A stretch of DNA of 64,000 nucleotides from an uncultured bacterium (GTDB taxonomy: Bacteria; Oederibacteriota; Oederibacteriia; Oederibacteriales; Oederibacteriaceae), in contig OZ218778.1 of NCBI GenBank assembly GCA_965112635.1, forward strand, positions 544,001 through 608,000, written 5' to 3'. Below are positions 19,349-28,849 of the stretch, one piece after another. How positions within the stretch are numbered: the first letter of the stretch is position 1; every line of letters begins with the position of its first letter. The notes beneath the pieces were generated by a model, which was not told where the DNA came from, ran no database searches, and was given only the letters and a program-made list of their open reading frames with translations. The position numbers were made by a program, and so were the translations under genes.

Positions 19349-21025
19349 TCAAATTTCCCTATTCTTTAGTGCTCTGAGCCCTATCTGGTAAGGCAGCCAC
19401 AAGGTCAGGCTGTGCACGAGCAGGACGGCAAGGAGGGGTATCCACAGTTCCAGCAGGGGGTCGTAATGCAGGCCCACCACCATCTTCCTGAAATAGTGCC
19501 GGTAGACTGGAAAGGCCAGGATGGCCAGGACCACGGCGATATACAATACCGCGAACATCATGTAGACCAGTCCGCCCCAGCTAGTGACGATCTCTTCCGG
19601 GTTAGCCACCTCGAACCTGGCGAAATACGCGCCCAGTCCGGCGGCCAAAGAAGTGATGCCCAGGGTCAGCAGAACCGTGGTGGAAAGCGAGAGCACGGCC
19701 ATATACCGGTCCACCTTGAAGATGTAGATGGAAAAACCCATCAGGATCAGGGACAGGAAAACAAGCGTGGCGGCGCCAAAAAAATATTTTTCGCGCAGGA
19801 TGGTGCGGTTCAGCACCGGCCCGTTTTTGATGATCCAAAAGCTCTTGCCCTCCAGAGAGATGGCCGGGAACACGAACCGCGCGCCGATGGCGGCCACGAT
19901 GAACGCCCCGGCTCCGATGGTGATGAAGAACAGGGCGTTGACCAGGTCGGCCATGATGTTCATCGGCAGCTTGTAGAGATTGTACACATAGATGACCACC
20001 AGCGAGGACAACAGCAGGAGCTGGGACCATTGGGTGGTATCCCGCAGCAGTATCTTGAGGTCCTTGGTCAGGAGAGCGCCGAAGGCCGTGTCCATAGGCT
20101 TGAACTCCGGCCATCCCCTCAAAAATCTGGCCTTGCCCCGCTGGACCCCCAGGGACTCCTGGGCGTGGCACCACCCGCCGTAAAAAAAGTAGTAGGCCAT
20201 GGTCCAGCACAACCCCAGGCTGAGCAGACTGGAGGATAATAGGTAAAGGCCGTTCCGGAGCGTCCTTCCCAGGTCCTCGTTCAAAAGCCCGGTGACCGCT
20301 TCGGTCAGCCAGGCACTGGGCAGGTAAGGCGCCGTGGGCACCTGCATCTGGTCCAAAAATTCCATGTATTCCATGGCCTCGCTGGGGTTGATCATTTTTT
20401 CCGGCTCCAGGAAGCGGAAAAAGATGGCCAGGGCACAGACAAAGATGATCCCCAGGAGCAGGAAAAGGTCGCGCATCTTTTGCGCCGGGAAGAACCGCAT
20501 CAGCACCATGGTGAACATCACGCCGACCCCGGCGCTGAAAACCAGGAACAGGAAAACAAAGAACAGGGAACCCAGGTAAAACCCCATGTCCGCGTGATAC
20601 ACGGTCCCCAAGGCCATCAGGATGGGCACGCTCATGAGGAGGATCATCCAGGAACTGGCCACAAAGGTCCTGTAGAACCGCGACAAAAACAAGGACAGGT
20701 GCTGGATGGGGTAGGACCAGAGGAGCAGCAGGTCCTTGGACAAGTAAATGGTGGATAAGGAGGTGATGATATTGCTGAAAAGGAGCATAGCGAAAAACCC
20801 GAAGAACACCATGGACAGGAACCGGAAAACCAGCGTGGGGCCCAGCAGAGGGACCTTTAAAAAATAATGAAAAAGTTTCCAAAAACCTCCGAAAATAAAG
20901 CCTAAAAAGAACACGCCCAAAAACACCAGGGCGGCTATCTTGAGGATGTCCATCCAGCGGATGCGCTGGACCCAGTTATTAAAAGCCAGCCTTTGGACCG
21001 ATAAAAGAATACCGATCTCGTTCAA
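19349..21025 (-). CDS. Putative ABC-2-type exporter permease
   Basis: About 13-14 TM segments, SLEGKSFW motif, KDLKILLRD; directly downstream of an ABC ATPase. Confidence 0.85.
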   Translation of the reverse strand: MNEIGILLSVQRLAFNNWVQRIRWMDILKIAALVFLGVFFLGFIFGGFWKLFHYFLKVPLLGPTLVFRFLSMVFFGFFAMLLFSNIITSLSTIYLSKDLLLLWSYPIQHLSLFLSRFYRTFVASSWMILLMSVPILMALGTVYHADMGFYLGSLFFVFLFLVFSAGVGVMFTMVLMRFFPAQKMRDLFLLLGIIFVCALAIFFRFLEPEKMINPSEAMEYMEFLDQMQVPTAPYLPSAWLTEAVTGLLNEDLGRTLRNGLYLLSSSLLSLGLCWTMAYYFFYGGWCHAQESLGVQRGKARFLRGWPEFKPMDTAFGALLTKDLKILLRDTTQWSQLLLLSSLVVIYVYNLYKLPMNIMADLVNALFFITIGAGAFIVAAIGARFVFPAISLEGKSFWIIKNGPVLNRTILREKYFFGAATLVFLSLILMGFSIYIFKVDRYMAVLSLSTTVLLTLGITSLAAGLGAYFARFEVANPEEIVTSWGGLVYMMFAVLYIAVVLAILAFPVYRHYFRKMVVGLHYDPLLELWIPLLAVLLVHSLTLWLPYQIGLRALKNREI

Positions 21026-21029
21026 AGGT

Positions 21030-21788
21030 TCAATCCCCCAATACCTTGACGAATTCCTTCATCACTTCCCCGCCGGTCAGCTCCAGGAAAAGGTCCTCCA
21101 AATTATCATGAACGGTCTTGGCCTTGGACCTCAGCTCATCTATGGTGCCCATGGCCAAGAGGCTCCCCTGATGGATAATGCCTATCTGGTCACAGACCTT
21201 TTCAGCTATTTCCAGCACATGGGTGGACATAAAAATGGCCGTCCCCCTTTTGGCCAGTTCGCGGAACATATTTTTGAGAAGCCTGGCGCTCTTGGGGTCC
21301 AGCCCCACCATGGGTTCATCCACAATGAGTATCTTGGGGTCGTGGATCAAAGCCGCGGCAATGACTATCTTTTGTTTCATCCCATGGGAATAGCTCTCAA
21401 TGAGCTCATCCTTCCAATTGGTCAGCTCAAAAAGCTCCAGAAATTCCCCTATCCTTTTATCCGTTAATTTGGGGTCCAGTTTGTATATCTGTCCCACAAA
21501 CCTCAGGAACTCATAACCGGTCAGCTTTTCATAGACGAACGGCTGGTCCACCACCAACCCGAACGTCTGCTTGGCCTTGATGGGGTCTTTTTGGATATCA
21601 ATGCCGTTAAGCTCCACTGTTCCTGCTGTGGGTTTTAACAGCCCTGACATTAATTTGATGGTCGTGGTCTTACCCGCGCCATTGGGCCCCAAAAACCCAA
21701 ACACCTGCCCGGCCTGGACCTCTAAGTTGAGCCTATCCACCGCCAGCACTTCGCCATAACGTTTAGTTAAATCCTTCAACTTGATCAT
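21030..21788 (-). CDS. ABC transporter ATP-binding protein
   Basis: Walker A GPNGAGKTT, YSHGMKQK signature, Walker B IVDEP. Start MIKLKD at 21788 follows an AGGAG RBS. Confidence 0.95.
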   Translation of the reverse strand: MIKLKDLTKRYGEVLAVDRLNLEVQAGQVFGFLGPNGAGKTTTIKLMSGLLKPTAGTVELNGIDIQKDPIKAKQTFGLVVDQPFVYEKLTGYEFLRFVGQIYKLDPKLTDKRIGEFLELFELTNWKDELIESYSHGMKQKIVIAAALIHDPKILIVDEPMVGLDPKSARLLKNMFRELAKRGTAIFMSTHVLEIAEKVCDQIGIIHQGSLLAMGTIDELRSKAKTVHDNLEDLFLELTGGEVMKEFVKVLGD

Positions 21789-21801
21789 TCCGTCTCCTTT
21801 T

Positions 21802-22389
21802 TCATTTCGGCGCAGGACCGCATTTTGTGAAAAACATATCACTTCCATAATAACCAACAAATGCTCCTATAATTGCGCCATATACAAAACCTGTTAATCC
21901 AGAAAAATCATATTGGGATTTACCTGCACCTGCTATTATTGCCCCCCCTATCGCAAATACAATCGTTCCCATTGATGTCCCTAATATACGAATATTTAAA
22001 TTACTTATTCCACAATTATTCCAGTCTTGATAGGCTTCAAATTTCAATCTTTCCTCCTGAGTCCAGGGAATATCATCGCAATTGTTATTACTAAAAGGGA
22101 CCAATGACTCAGATTGGCTCTTGTAGATCGGCACCAACACATTAATTAGTGGAATTATTGGCCCAGTGCAGCATCCTGCCCAAGCTAAACCCTCCCAAAC
22201 ACTTCTATTAAACCTTAATCGATTCCTCTCACACTCAAAACGTGTCATACCGAATCTACTTTGTATCGAATTATCTGTTTCATCTTTTTTTTCATCTGCA
22301 AAAATAATATTATGAGACATAAAAATATTGAACAGAAACAAAAAAATTAATATAACAATCCATCGCCTTTTTCTATACAGATATTTCAT
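21802..22389 (-). CDS. AT-rich hypothetical membrane/exported protein
   Basis: 195-aa ORF filling the gap between polX and the ABC ATPase; signal-like N-terminus and Gly-rich C-terminal TM helices. Confidence 0.65.
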   Translation of the reverse strand: MKYLYRKRRWIVILIFLFLFNIFMSHNIIFADEKKDETDNSIQSRFGMTRFECERNRLRFNRSVWEGLAWAGCCTGPIIPLINVLVPIYKSQSESLVPFSNNNCDDIPWTQEERLKFEAYQDWNNCGISNLNIRILGTSMGTIVFAIGGAIIAGAGKSQYDFSGLTGFVYGAIIGAFVGYYGSDMFFTKCGPAPK

Positions 22390-22392
22390 TTA

Positions 22393-24120
22393 TTAACCTC
22401 TTTTCTTCCCCACAAACTCCCTGAACTCTTTTACCTCTAGGGTATTGAGGACATCCTTTTTTTCCAACCAGGCCCGGCGGGCGGTGAGGACGCCGAACAG
22501 CATCCACTCAAAATGCCTGGCCTGGTGGCTGTCCGTGTTGATGACCAATTTGACCCCGGCCTCTTTGGCTGCCCTGGCCATGACATCGTTCAAATCCAGC
22601 CTCCAGGGCGAGGCGTTTATTTCCAGGGCCGTGCCGGTCTCCCGGGCGACCCTGAAGACCGTTTCCCAGTCCATTTCATAGGGCTCCCGGCTGCCGAACA
22701 GCCGACCCGTCGGATGCCCCAGTACCGACAAATACGGGCTTTGCATGGCCCGGCATATCCTGGCGGTCATCTGCTTTGCTGTCAGCTTGAAATGGGAGTG
22801 CACCGACCCGACTGCGTAGGCCAGCTCCTTAAGGCAGGAGTCCGGCAAATCCAAACTGCCGTCCTCTTTGATATCCACCTCGCTCCCGTGAAATATCGTG
22901 AAATTTTTGAGCGACTTGTTCAGTTTCCTGACCTCTTCCGCCTGCTTTTTCAAGCGGGCCGGGGTCAGGCCGTTGGCAATGGCCAGTCCCTGGGAATGGT
23001 CGGTCACACATATATAACTATACCCTCTTTTTATGGCTGCTCGTGCCATTTCCTCCAGGGAACCGGCTCCGTCCGAACTGCTGGTATGCACATGGCAGTC
23101 GCCTTTAAGGTCATCGGGCTGGATAAGTCTGGGTAAATTCCCTTTTTCCGCGGCCTCTATCTCTCCCCGGCTCTCCCTCAACTCCGGCGGGATATAGGGG
23201 AGCTTCAAGGCCTGGTAAACTTCCTCCTCGGTATTTCCCGCCACCCTTTTCGCGCCTTTGAACACCCCGTATTCGCTCAGCTTCAGACCCATTTTGATGG
23301 CCCGCTCGCGCAGGATGATATTGTGCTGTTTGGAGCCGGTGAAATAGCACAGGGCCGCCCCAAAATCCTTCGCTTCCACCACCCGCAAGTCCACCTGCAG
23401 GTTAGCTTCCAACCTCACGCTGGATTTGGTTTCTCCCTTGGCAATAACTTGCTTCACCTGTGGTAGCTGGGTAAAAAACTCCATGACCTCTTCGGCTTTT
23501 CTGGATACTGCCAAAAGGTCAATGTCGCCGACCGTTTCGCAGCCCCGCCTAAGACTCCCGCCTATTTCACAGAGCATGACCAGCTTGGATTTTTTCAAAG
23601 CTTCCTGTATTTCCTGGGCCACGGGAAGGGCTTCGCCCAGCAAGGTCCGTCCCTGGCCTTTTTTGACAATGGCAATGCCCTTGAGGATATTTTCCTCAAC
23701 TTTGGGCCCCAAGCGCGGTAAGGCCTGGATGCGGTGCTCTTTGGCCGCTGCTTCCAGGTCATGCAGATTCTTTATCCCCAGCTTTTCATGGACCAGGAGC
23801 ACGGTCTTGGGCCCCATGCCCGGCACGCTCAAAAGCTCGTCCATGCCTTCGGGAAACTCTTTTTTCAGGTCCTCCAGAAATTTCAGTTTACCGGTCTTGA
23901 CCATCTCCTCTATCTTGAGGGCCAGGGCTTCGCCGATGCCCGATATTTCCTGCAAAGCCTGGAGCCCCCCTTCTTTATAAATATGGGAAACATCCTGGGT
24001 CAGGCCGGCGAGTGTTTGGCTGGCTTTTTGGTAGGAACGGATACGGAAAGGGTTTTCCTGCTTTATCTCCAGGTAAGTGGCTATCTTGTCGAATATCTCG
24101 GCAACCTCATTATTGATCAC
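22393..24120 (-). CDS. polX: DNA polymerase X with PHP 3'-5' exonuclease domain
   Basis: GSLRR, GDIDL, VDLR, YFTGSKQHN, and PHP motifs HVHT, TDHS, HPTGR, NTDSH. Confidence 0.96.
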   Translation of the reverse strand: MINNEVAEIFDKIATYLEIKQENPFRIRSYQKASQTLAGLTQDVSHIYKEGGLQALQEISGIGEALALKIEEMVKTGKLKFLEDLKKEFPEGMDELLSVPGMGPKTVLLVHEKLGIKNLHDLEAAAKEHRIQALPRLGPKVEENILKGIAIVKKGQGRTLLGEALPVAQEIQEALKKSKLVMLCEIGGSLRRGCETVGDIDLLAVSRKAEEVMEFFTQLPQVKQVIAKGETKSSVRLEANLQVDLRVVEAKDFGAALCYFTGSKQHNIILRERAIKMGLKLSEYGVFKGAKRVAGNTEEEVYQALKLPYIPPELRESRGEIEAAEKGNLPRLIQPDDLKGDCHVHTSSSDGAGSLEEMARAAIKRGYSYICVTDHSQGLAIANGLTPARLKKQAEEVRKLNKSLKNFTIFHGSEVDIKEDGSLDLPDSCLKELAYAVGSVHSHFKLTAKQMTARICRAMQSPYLSVLGHPTGRLFGSREPYEMDWETVFRVARETGTALEINASPWRLDLNDVMARAAKEAGVKLVINTDSHQARHFEWMLFGVLTARRAWLEKKDVLNTLEVKEFREFVGKKRG

Positions 24121-24129
24121 AATGATCCC

Positions 24130-24447
24130 CTAACCACGAATGGAATCCTCTATCCATTTCAAATAATCCTTATTCCCTTTCACAATAGGCAGGGCAATGA
24201 TCTCCGGGACCGTGTAAGAATGGAGCTTTTTGACTTCTTTTATTAATGCAGGAACCCTGGACTGGCTGGTCTTAAAAATGAGCAGATCTTCCCGGGCTGT
24301 TTCTATCTTACCCTTCCACCAATAGGTGGAAACAAGGCCCGGCACCTGGTTGACGCAGGCCGCCAGTTTTTTCCTGACCACAGAACCGCCTATTTTTCTG
24401 CCTTCTACGGCTGAGGAAACTGTGACCAGCACCACCATTGCTTTCAT
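24130..24447 (-). CDS. cutA: Divalent-cation tolerance protein CutA
   Basis: LAACVN, YWWKGKIE, HSYTVPEII. Confidence 0.95.
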   Translation of the reverse strand: MKAMVVLVTVSSAVEGRKIGGSVVRKKLAACVNQVPGLVSTYWWKGKIETAREDLLIFKTSQSRVPALIKEVKKLHSYTVPEIIALPIVKGNKDYLKWIEDSIRG

Positions 24448-24782
24448 GGGACACTGACTTTGTCTTCGGGCAGATAGGGTATCTTGATGAACAGCACCCT
24501 GAGGTTGGCCGCGCTGTTGTTGATGATGTCATGCGTCTCCTCCGGGTCTAGGCGATAAGCGTCCCCGGCTGAAGCCGCCATCTCCTGGCCGTTCACTTTC
24601 ATGATGCCCTTGCCTTCCATAAAATAGAACGACTCCTCCACCTCCCGGTGCTTATGCTGGCCTAGGACCTCTCCGGGTTTTAAAACTAAAAAACCCCATT
24701 CGGTCCGGGGGCCTTTGACCATGGTCTGCTTGCCTGAATCTTTTTTACTGAACGGCTGGTTGGACTGGACTATTTTTTGCAT
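24444..24782 (-). CDS. Cupin domain protein
   Basis: HKHREVEESFY...G and PEETHDI metal-binding cupin motifs. Confidence 0.85.
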   Translation of the reverse strand: MQKIVQSNQPFSKKDSGKQTMVKGPRTEWGFLVLKPGEVLGQHKHREVEESFYFMEGKGIMKVNGQEMAASAGDAYRLDPEETHDIINNSAANLRVLFIKIPYLPEDKVSVP

Positions 24783-24904
24783 GGCTATTCTCCTTTCTTC
24801 CAAGATTTTAGAACATAATCCAAACCCCGCAAAGCTGTTTTTCCGGCTGCTCCTGTATGTGGTAAAATGGTCTTTGTTATGTATCTAACTTAAAGGAGGT
24901 AACA

Positions 24905-25447
24905 GTGAAAATGTGCTTTCTCTTTTCAGGAATATTCTGGGGCCTGGTCCTGGTGGCATTGGGCGTGGCTGTCATCATCAAAGTTCTGTTCCATATTGAT
25001 ATCCCGGTTTTCCGCATTGTCTTCGCTATGGTGCTCATTTACTTTGGCCTCAAACTGCTCGTGGGCGGGTGCGGCCGGGGTTATAGCCACACTTCCCAGG
25101 AAAGCGTGGTCTTCAATGAAGGCACCCTGAGCGCCGAGGAAAGCAGGGATGAATATTCCGTGGTGTTCGGCAAAGGCACCATCGACCTGACCGGTCTCAA
25201 GGCCAAGGACAAAAATACCAATATCCGCGTCTCCACCGTGTTCGGGGCGAGCACCCTCAAACTCGACCCCGCCGTGCCGGCTGTCGTGAACGTGAGCGCG
25301 GCTTTTGGCTCCGCCCATATTCCGGACGGCACCACCACCAGCTTCGGCCATTACACCTACAAGACCAAGGCCTACAAGGAAGGCAAACCCTATCTGGCCG
25401 TTATGGCCAACGTGGTGTTCGGCGAAATGACCATTGTCGCCCCGTAA
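24905..25447 (+). CDS. LiaF/DUF2154-like membrane protein
   Basis: AAGGAGG RBS; two N-terminal TM helices; repeated VFG motifs (VVFGKGTIDL, TVFGAS, AAFGS, VVFGE). Confidence 0.75.
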   Translation: MKMCFLFSGIFWGLVLVALGVAVIIKVLFHIDIPVFRIVFAMVLIYFGLKLLVGGCGRGYSHTSQESVVFNEGTLSAEESRDEYSVVFGKGTIDLTGLKAKDKNTNIRVSTVFGASTLKLDPAVPAVVNVSAAFGSAHIPDGTTTSFGHYTYKTKAYKEGKPYLAVMANVVFGEMTIVAP

Positions 25448-25470
25448 TGAACAGAGTTAGGAGAGGGTTT

Positions 25471-27372
25471 ATGCGTTCTTTCAGCAGGGTCCTAGCGCTG
25501 TGGGCCGGCCTGCTCATCCTGGCTGTCAGCCTTTGGGCCCAGGCACCCGGCCCCCTGTCCCTAAAGGCCAAAGGCACCACCCTGACCCTGGACCCCCAGG
25601 ACCTTTCCCTCCATATCATTAAAGAAGACAACGACTACAAGTTCGCGGGCTTGGCTGGCCAAACCACATTAGAAAGCGTCACCAAGACCAGCGACAGCAT
25701 CCTGACCCTGTCCCTGTCTTTTCCGGGCAAACTCACGGCCACGGCTCTCATCACCATGACAGAGGACGCGGACATCGTCATCGCCCTAGAGGGGCAAGGT
25801 GTCCTTAAGCAGCCTGTCGAGTTCCCCGGCTCCCTGACCGCGGTCCGGAGCCAGTCCTGGGTCGTGCCTATCAACGAAGGCCTGCTCATCCCGGCCAACG
25901 ACAAGTATTTCCATCCTTTTGACAAACCTGAGGCGTTCTTCACCCTGTGCGGCGGCCACGGCCTGTGCATGCCCATGCTCGGCCTGACCGACGGCACCAA
26001 CGGCCTGCTCGTCATCTGCGAAACGCCCAACGACGCCGCGGTCCGTTTCACGGTCCCGGACAACAAAAAAAAGACCTCCACCTGGACTTTCCGGTGGGAG
26101 CCGGAAAAAGGGGCCTGGGGCTACGAACGCCGCCTGCGCTTGAAACTACTGGCCGAGGGCAGCTATGTGTCCCTGGCCAAAGCCTACCGGGAATACGCCC
26201 AATCCCAGGGCTTGCTCAAGACCCTGCGGGAAAAGGCCAGGCTGGTCCCGGCCGTGGACAGGCTCATCGGAAGTGTGGACCTATGGTATTGGGGTGACGC
26301 CGCCTGGAAAAAAGACCCGCATCCCGAGGCTTTTGGCCAGCAGCTGGCTGACGCGGGTATCCGCCGCGTCCTGTGGTCCAGCTCCGGCCCGGCGCCGGCC
26401 ATTGACCTGTTGAACAGCCTGGGGTTTTTGACCGGCAAATACGACATCATCCAGGATGTCTGGGCTCCTGGCACACCGCTCCCCTGGCTTACCCACGAAG
26501 GCTGGCCCGCAGACCTGGCCTGGGGCCCCGGCAATGTGACCATGACCGGCTGGGTCGCGAGAGATAAAGAAGGCAAAGAATACCCCGGCGGGGTCATCTG
26601 CGACTCCCGCGGCCTGGACCATCTCCGCAAACACGTGGAAACGGACAAAGCGCTGGCCCTGGCGGCCCGGTTCCTGGACACCACCACGGCCTCCTCCCTG
26701 CGCGAATGTTATAACCCGGCCCATCCCATGACACGCACCGAGGACCGCCAATACAAGATGGCCCAGCTCGCCTATCTATCGGAGGAAAAGAAATTGGTGA
26801 CCGGCTCCGAGACCGGCGTGGACATGGCCGTGCCGTATCTGGAATATTTCGAGGGTATGATGAGCCTGGCTCCCTACCGCCTGGCGGACAGCGGGCACGA
26901 CCTTTTTACCTATATCAAACCCGGCCCGGATGTCTGGCGTTTCCAGGTGGGCCCCTATTACCGCATCCCGCTGTTTGAACTGGTCTACCATGACTGCGTG
27001 GTCACCACCTGGTATTGGGGCGACTCCTCCAACCGGGAACCCGAGGAATGGGACCAGCGGGATATGCTCAACGCCCTTTATGGCAACAGCCCCCTGTGGA
27101 TCTGCGACCCCAGCCGGTGGGCACGCGACAAAGCCCGCTACCTCAAAAGCTATGAGTGGGCCACGACCGTGGCCAGACATACCGGCTACTCGGAAATGCT
27201 CTGGCATGAATTCCTGACCAAGGACCACACGGTCCAGTACGCGAAATTCGCGGATGGGACGCAGGTGTGGGTCAATTTCGGCAAGCAGTCCCGCCATCTG
27301 GAGAACGGACGGAAATTGAAGGGAATGGGTATTTTCGCGCAGTTCCCCGACGGCCAAACCCTGGTCAAATGA
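25471..27372 (+). CDS. Secreted putative glycoside hydrolase (GH129/DUF5696-like)
   Basis: Signal peptide, GYVSLAKAYR-like segment, FLDTTTA, GSETG, PLFELVYHDC. Family assignment is by motif recall only. Confidence 0.65.
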   Translation: MRSFSRVLALWAGLLILAVSLWAQAPGPLSLKAKGTTLTLDPQDLSLHIIKEDNDYKFAGLAGQTTLESVTKTSDSILTLSLSFPGKLTATALITMTEDADIVIALEGQGVLKQPVEFPGSLTAVRSQSWVVPINEGLLIPANDKYFHPFDKPEAFFTLCGGHGLCMPMLGLTDGTNGLLVICETPNDAAVRFTVPDNKKKTSTWTFRWEPEKGAWGYERRLRLKLLAEGSYVSLAKAYREYAQSQGLLKTLREKARLVPAVDRLIGSVDLWYWGDAAWKKDPHPEAFGQQLADAGIRRVLWSSSGPAPAIDLLNSLGFLTGKYDIIQDVWAPGTPLPWLTHEGWPADLAWGPGNVTMTGWVARDKEGKEYPGGVICDSRGLDHLRKHVETDKALALAARFLDTTTASSLRECYNPAHPMTRTEDRQYKMAQLAYLSEEKKLVTGSETGVDMAVPYLEYFEGMMSLAPYRLADSGHDLFTYIKPGPDVWRFQVGPYYRIPLFELVYHDCVVTTWYWGDSSNREPEEWDQRDMLNALYGNSPLWICDPSRWARDKARYLKSYEWATTVARHTGYSEMLWHEFLTKDHTVQYAKFADGTQVWVNFGKQSRHLENGRKLKGMGIFAQFPDGQTLVK

Positions 27373-27381
27373 CCGTCAAGG

Positions 27382-27969
27382 TCACTTTTTGAGGAAGTCT
27401 TCCACGGTCTTCATATAGTCGTCGAACAGCGTATCCACGGAAACGCCCCCGATCTCCGTGATGGAGATCAGGCCGTTGATCTCCCTGCCTTTATCGTCAA
27501 TAGCCCTGGAAAAAACCACCTTGACCTTGTCCAGTTTCGCCCAGACCAGTTCGCAGGGGACAAAATCCGGGTCATCGGGCTTGGCTGGGACCGTGAGCAC
27601 CTTGACGATTTTGAGTTTGGGGGAAAGAGGCAGCCGGGTCCTGAGCCACCCCAGGAACAGGGACGCTGTGGTGGAGGCGTTGGCTTCTGCTTGCAGGATC
27701 ATCTTATCGCAGTCGTTCTGCCGCTTGTCCGCCTCATTCTGGCTGGGTTCCGGCCATCCCCTTTTTTGGCACTCTAGTTTTATCAGCCGCGTTTCGCGGA
27801 TGTCATGGACGCCGTAAAACTTTTTGAAATCCAGGACCGTAGGCGTGTATGGGGTGTCCAGGAGTTTGAGGTAGGCCTTAATGTCGCTGGTCCTAGTCGC
27901 ATCCTCAGCCCATCCTTTGACCACCAGCGCCAACAAGATGATCCCGGCCAACAACACAATTTTTTTCAT
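27382..27969 (-). CDS. Hypothetical exported protein
   Basis: MKKIVLLAGIILLALVVKGWA signal peptide after GGAGG RBS; no recognisable domain. Confidence 0.7.
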   Translation of the reverse strand: MKKIVLLAGIILLALVVKGWAEDATRTSDIKAYLKLLDTPYTPTVLDFKKFYGVHDIRETRLIKLECQKRGWPEPSQNEADKRQNDCDKMILQAEANASTTASLFLGWLRTRLPLSPKLKIVKVLTVPAKPDDPDFVPCELVWAKLDKVKVVFSRAIDDKGREINGLISITEIGGVSVDTLFDDYMKTVEDFLKK

Positions 27970-28061
27970 ATTTACCCTCCCCTTACCAAACCATTTTACC
28001 GCTAACACGCGGGGGCATCCTGGTTAAATTTCTTTTTTTCTTCAGGAAAAACCGGAAAAGA

Positions 28062-28847
28062 TCAGTAGGCGTAGAGCTTGCCGTAGGGCCGGTTGCTGTA
28101 GGGATACAGCTTGTAGAACGGCTTTTTGAGGATATCGGCCATATTGAGGTTGAAAAGGCCGCAGTATTCCGAAAGGTATTTTTTCAGGGTCTCCATGTCT
28201 TCCTTGGACGGGTCAATCATTTTCACTTCTTTGCCCAGCATCCTCTCGTCCACTTTGCCCCTGAGCAGGATGGTGCCGTTGTGCATGCCGGTCCCGACAA
28301 AATCGCCCACGATCTCCCTTTCGGAGTTGTAAGCGCTCTGCCGCTGAAGGGGACTGTCCAAACCCAAAATGACCAGCAAGCCGCCGGCCATGTATTCGCC
28401 CAAAAAATCCCTGGCCCTGCCGCCCGCGATGAGCACGGGGAAAAGCTCCTTGTAGGCTTTCATGTGGATGCCCACCCGGTAGCCCACGTCACCCCGCACG
28501 TAAATCCTGCCGCCCCGCATGGAATGTCCCGTGATGTCCCCGGCGTTGCCGTGGACCACGACCAGGCCGTTGTTCATCGTGTTGCCGACCCCGTCCTGGG
28601 CGTTGCCGTGGACGATGATGCGGGGTCCGTCCATAAAGGCCGCCAGGTCGTTGCCCGGCGTGCCGTTGATGACGATCTCCACCCCGCCGCCCAGGTTGTC
28701 GCCGATGAACCGCTGGCCCAGCACGTTATCGAGCACGAACCTGCGGACGCCCTGCCCAACTGCCTCGTGGATCATCTCGTTGAGCTGGCGGTAGGCGATC
28801 TCCCGGCAGTCGATGGTCTTGATTTTCGTTTCCACGGCCGTTTTCAT
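28062..28847 (-). CDS. Glutamate synthase, GXGXG (domain 3) subunit
   Basis: GQRFIG, GTPGNDL, GNAQDGVGNTM, GEYMAGG, GTGMHNG beta-helix repeats. Confidence 0.92.
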   Translation of the reverse strand: MKTAVETKIKTIDCREIAYRQLNEMIHEAVGQGVRRFVLDNVLGQRFIGDNLGGGVEIVINGTPGNDLAAFMDGPRIIVHGNAQDGVGNTMNNGLVVVHGNAGDITGHSMRGGRIYVRGDVGYRVGIHMKAYKELFPVLIAGGRARDFLGEYMAGGLLVILGLDSPLQRQSAYNSEREIVGDFVGTGMHNGTILLRGKVDERMLGKEVKMIDPSKEDMETLKKYLSEYCGLFNLNMADILKKPFYKLYPYSNRPYGKLYAY

Positions 28848-28849
28848 GG

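Noticed and set aside
19602-20882. 426-aa same-strand alternative-frame ORF within the ABC permease
   Set aside because: Its Pro/Gly/His/Arg-rich composition is typical of an off-frame shadow in GC3-rich DNA.
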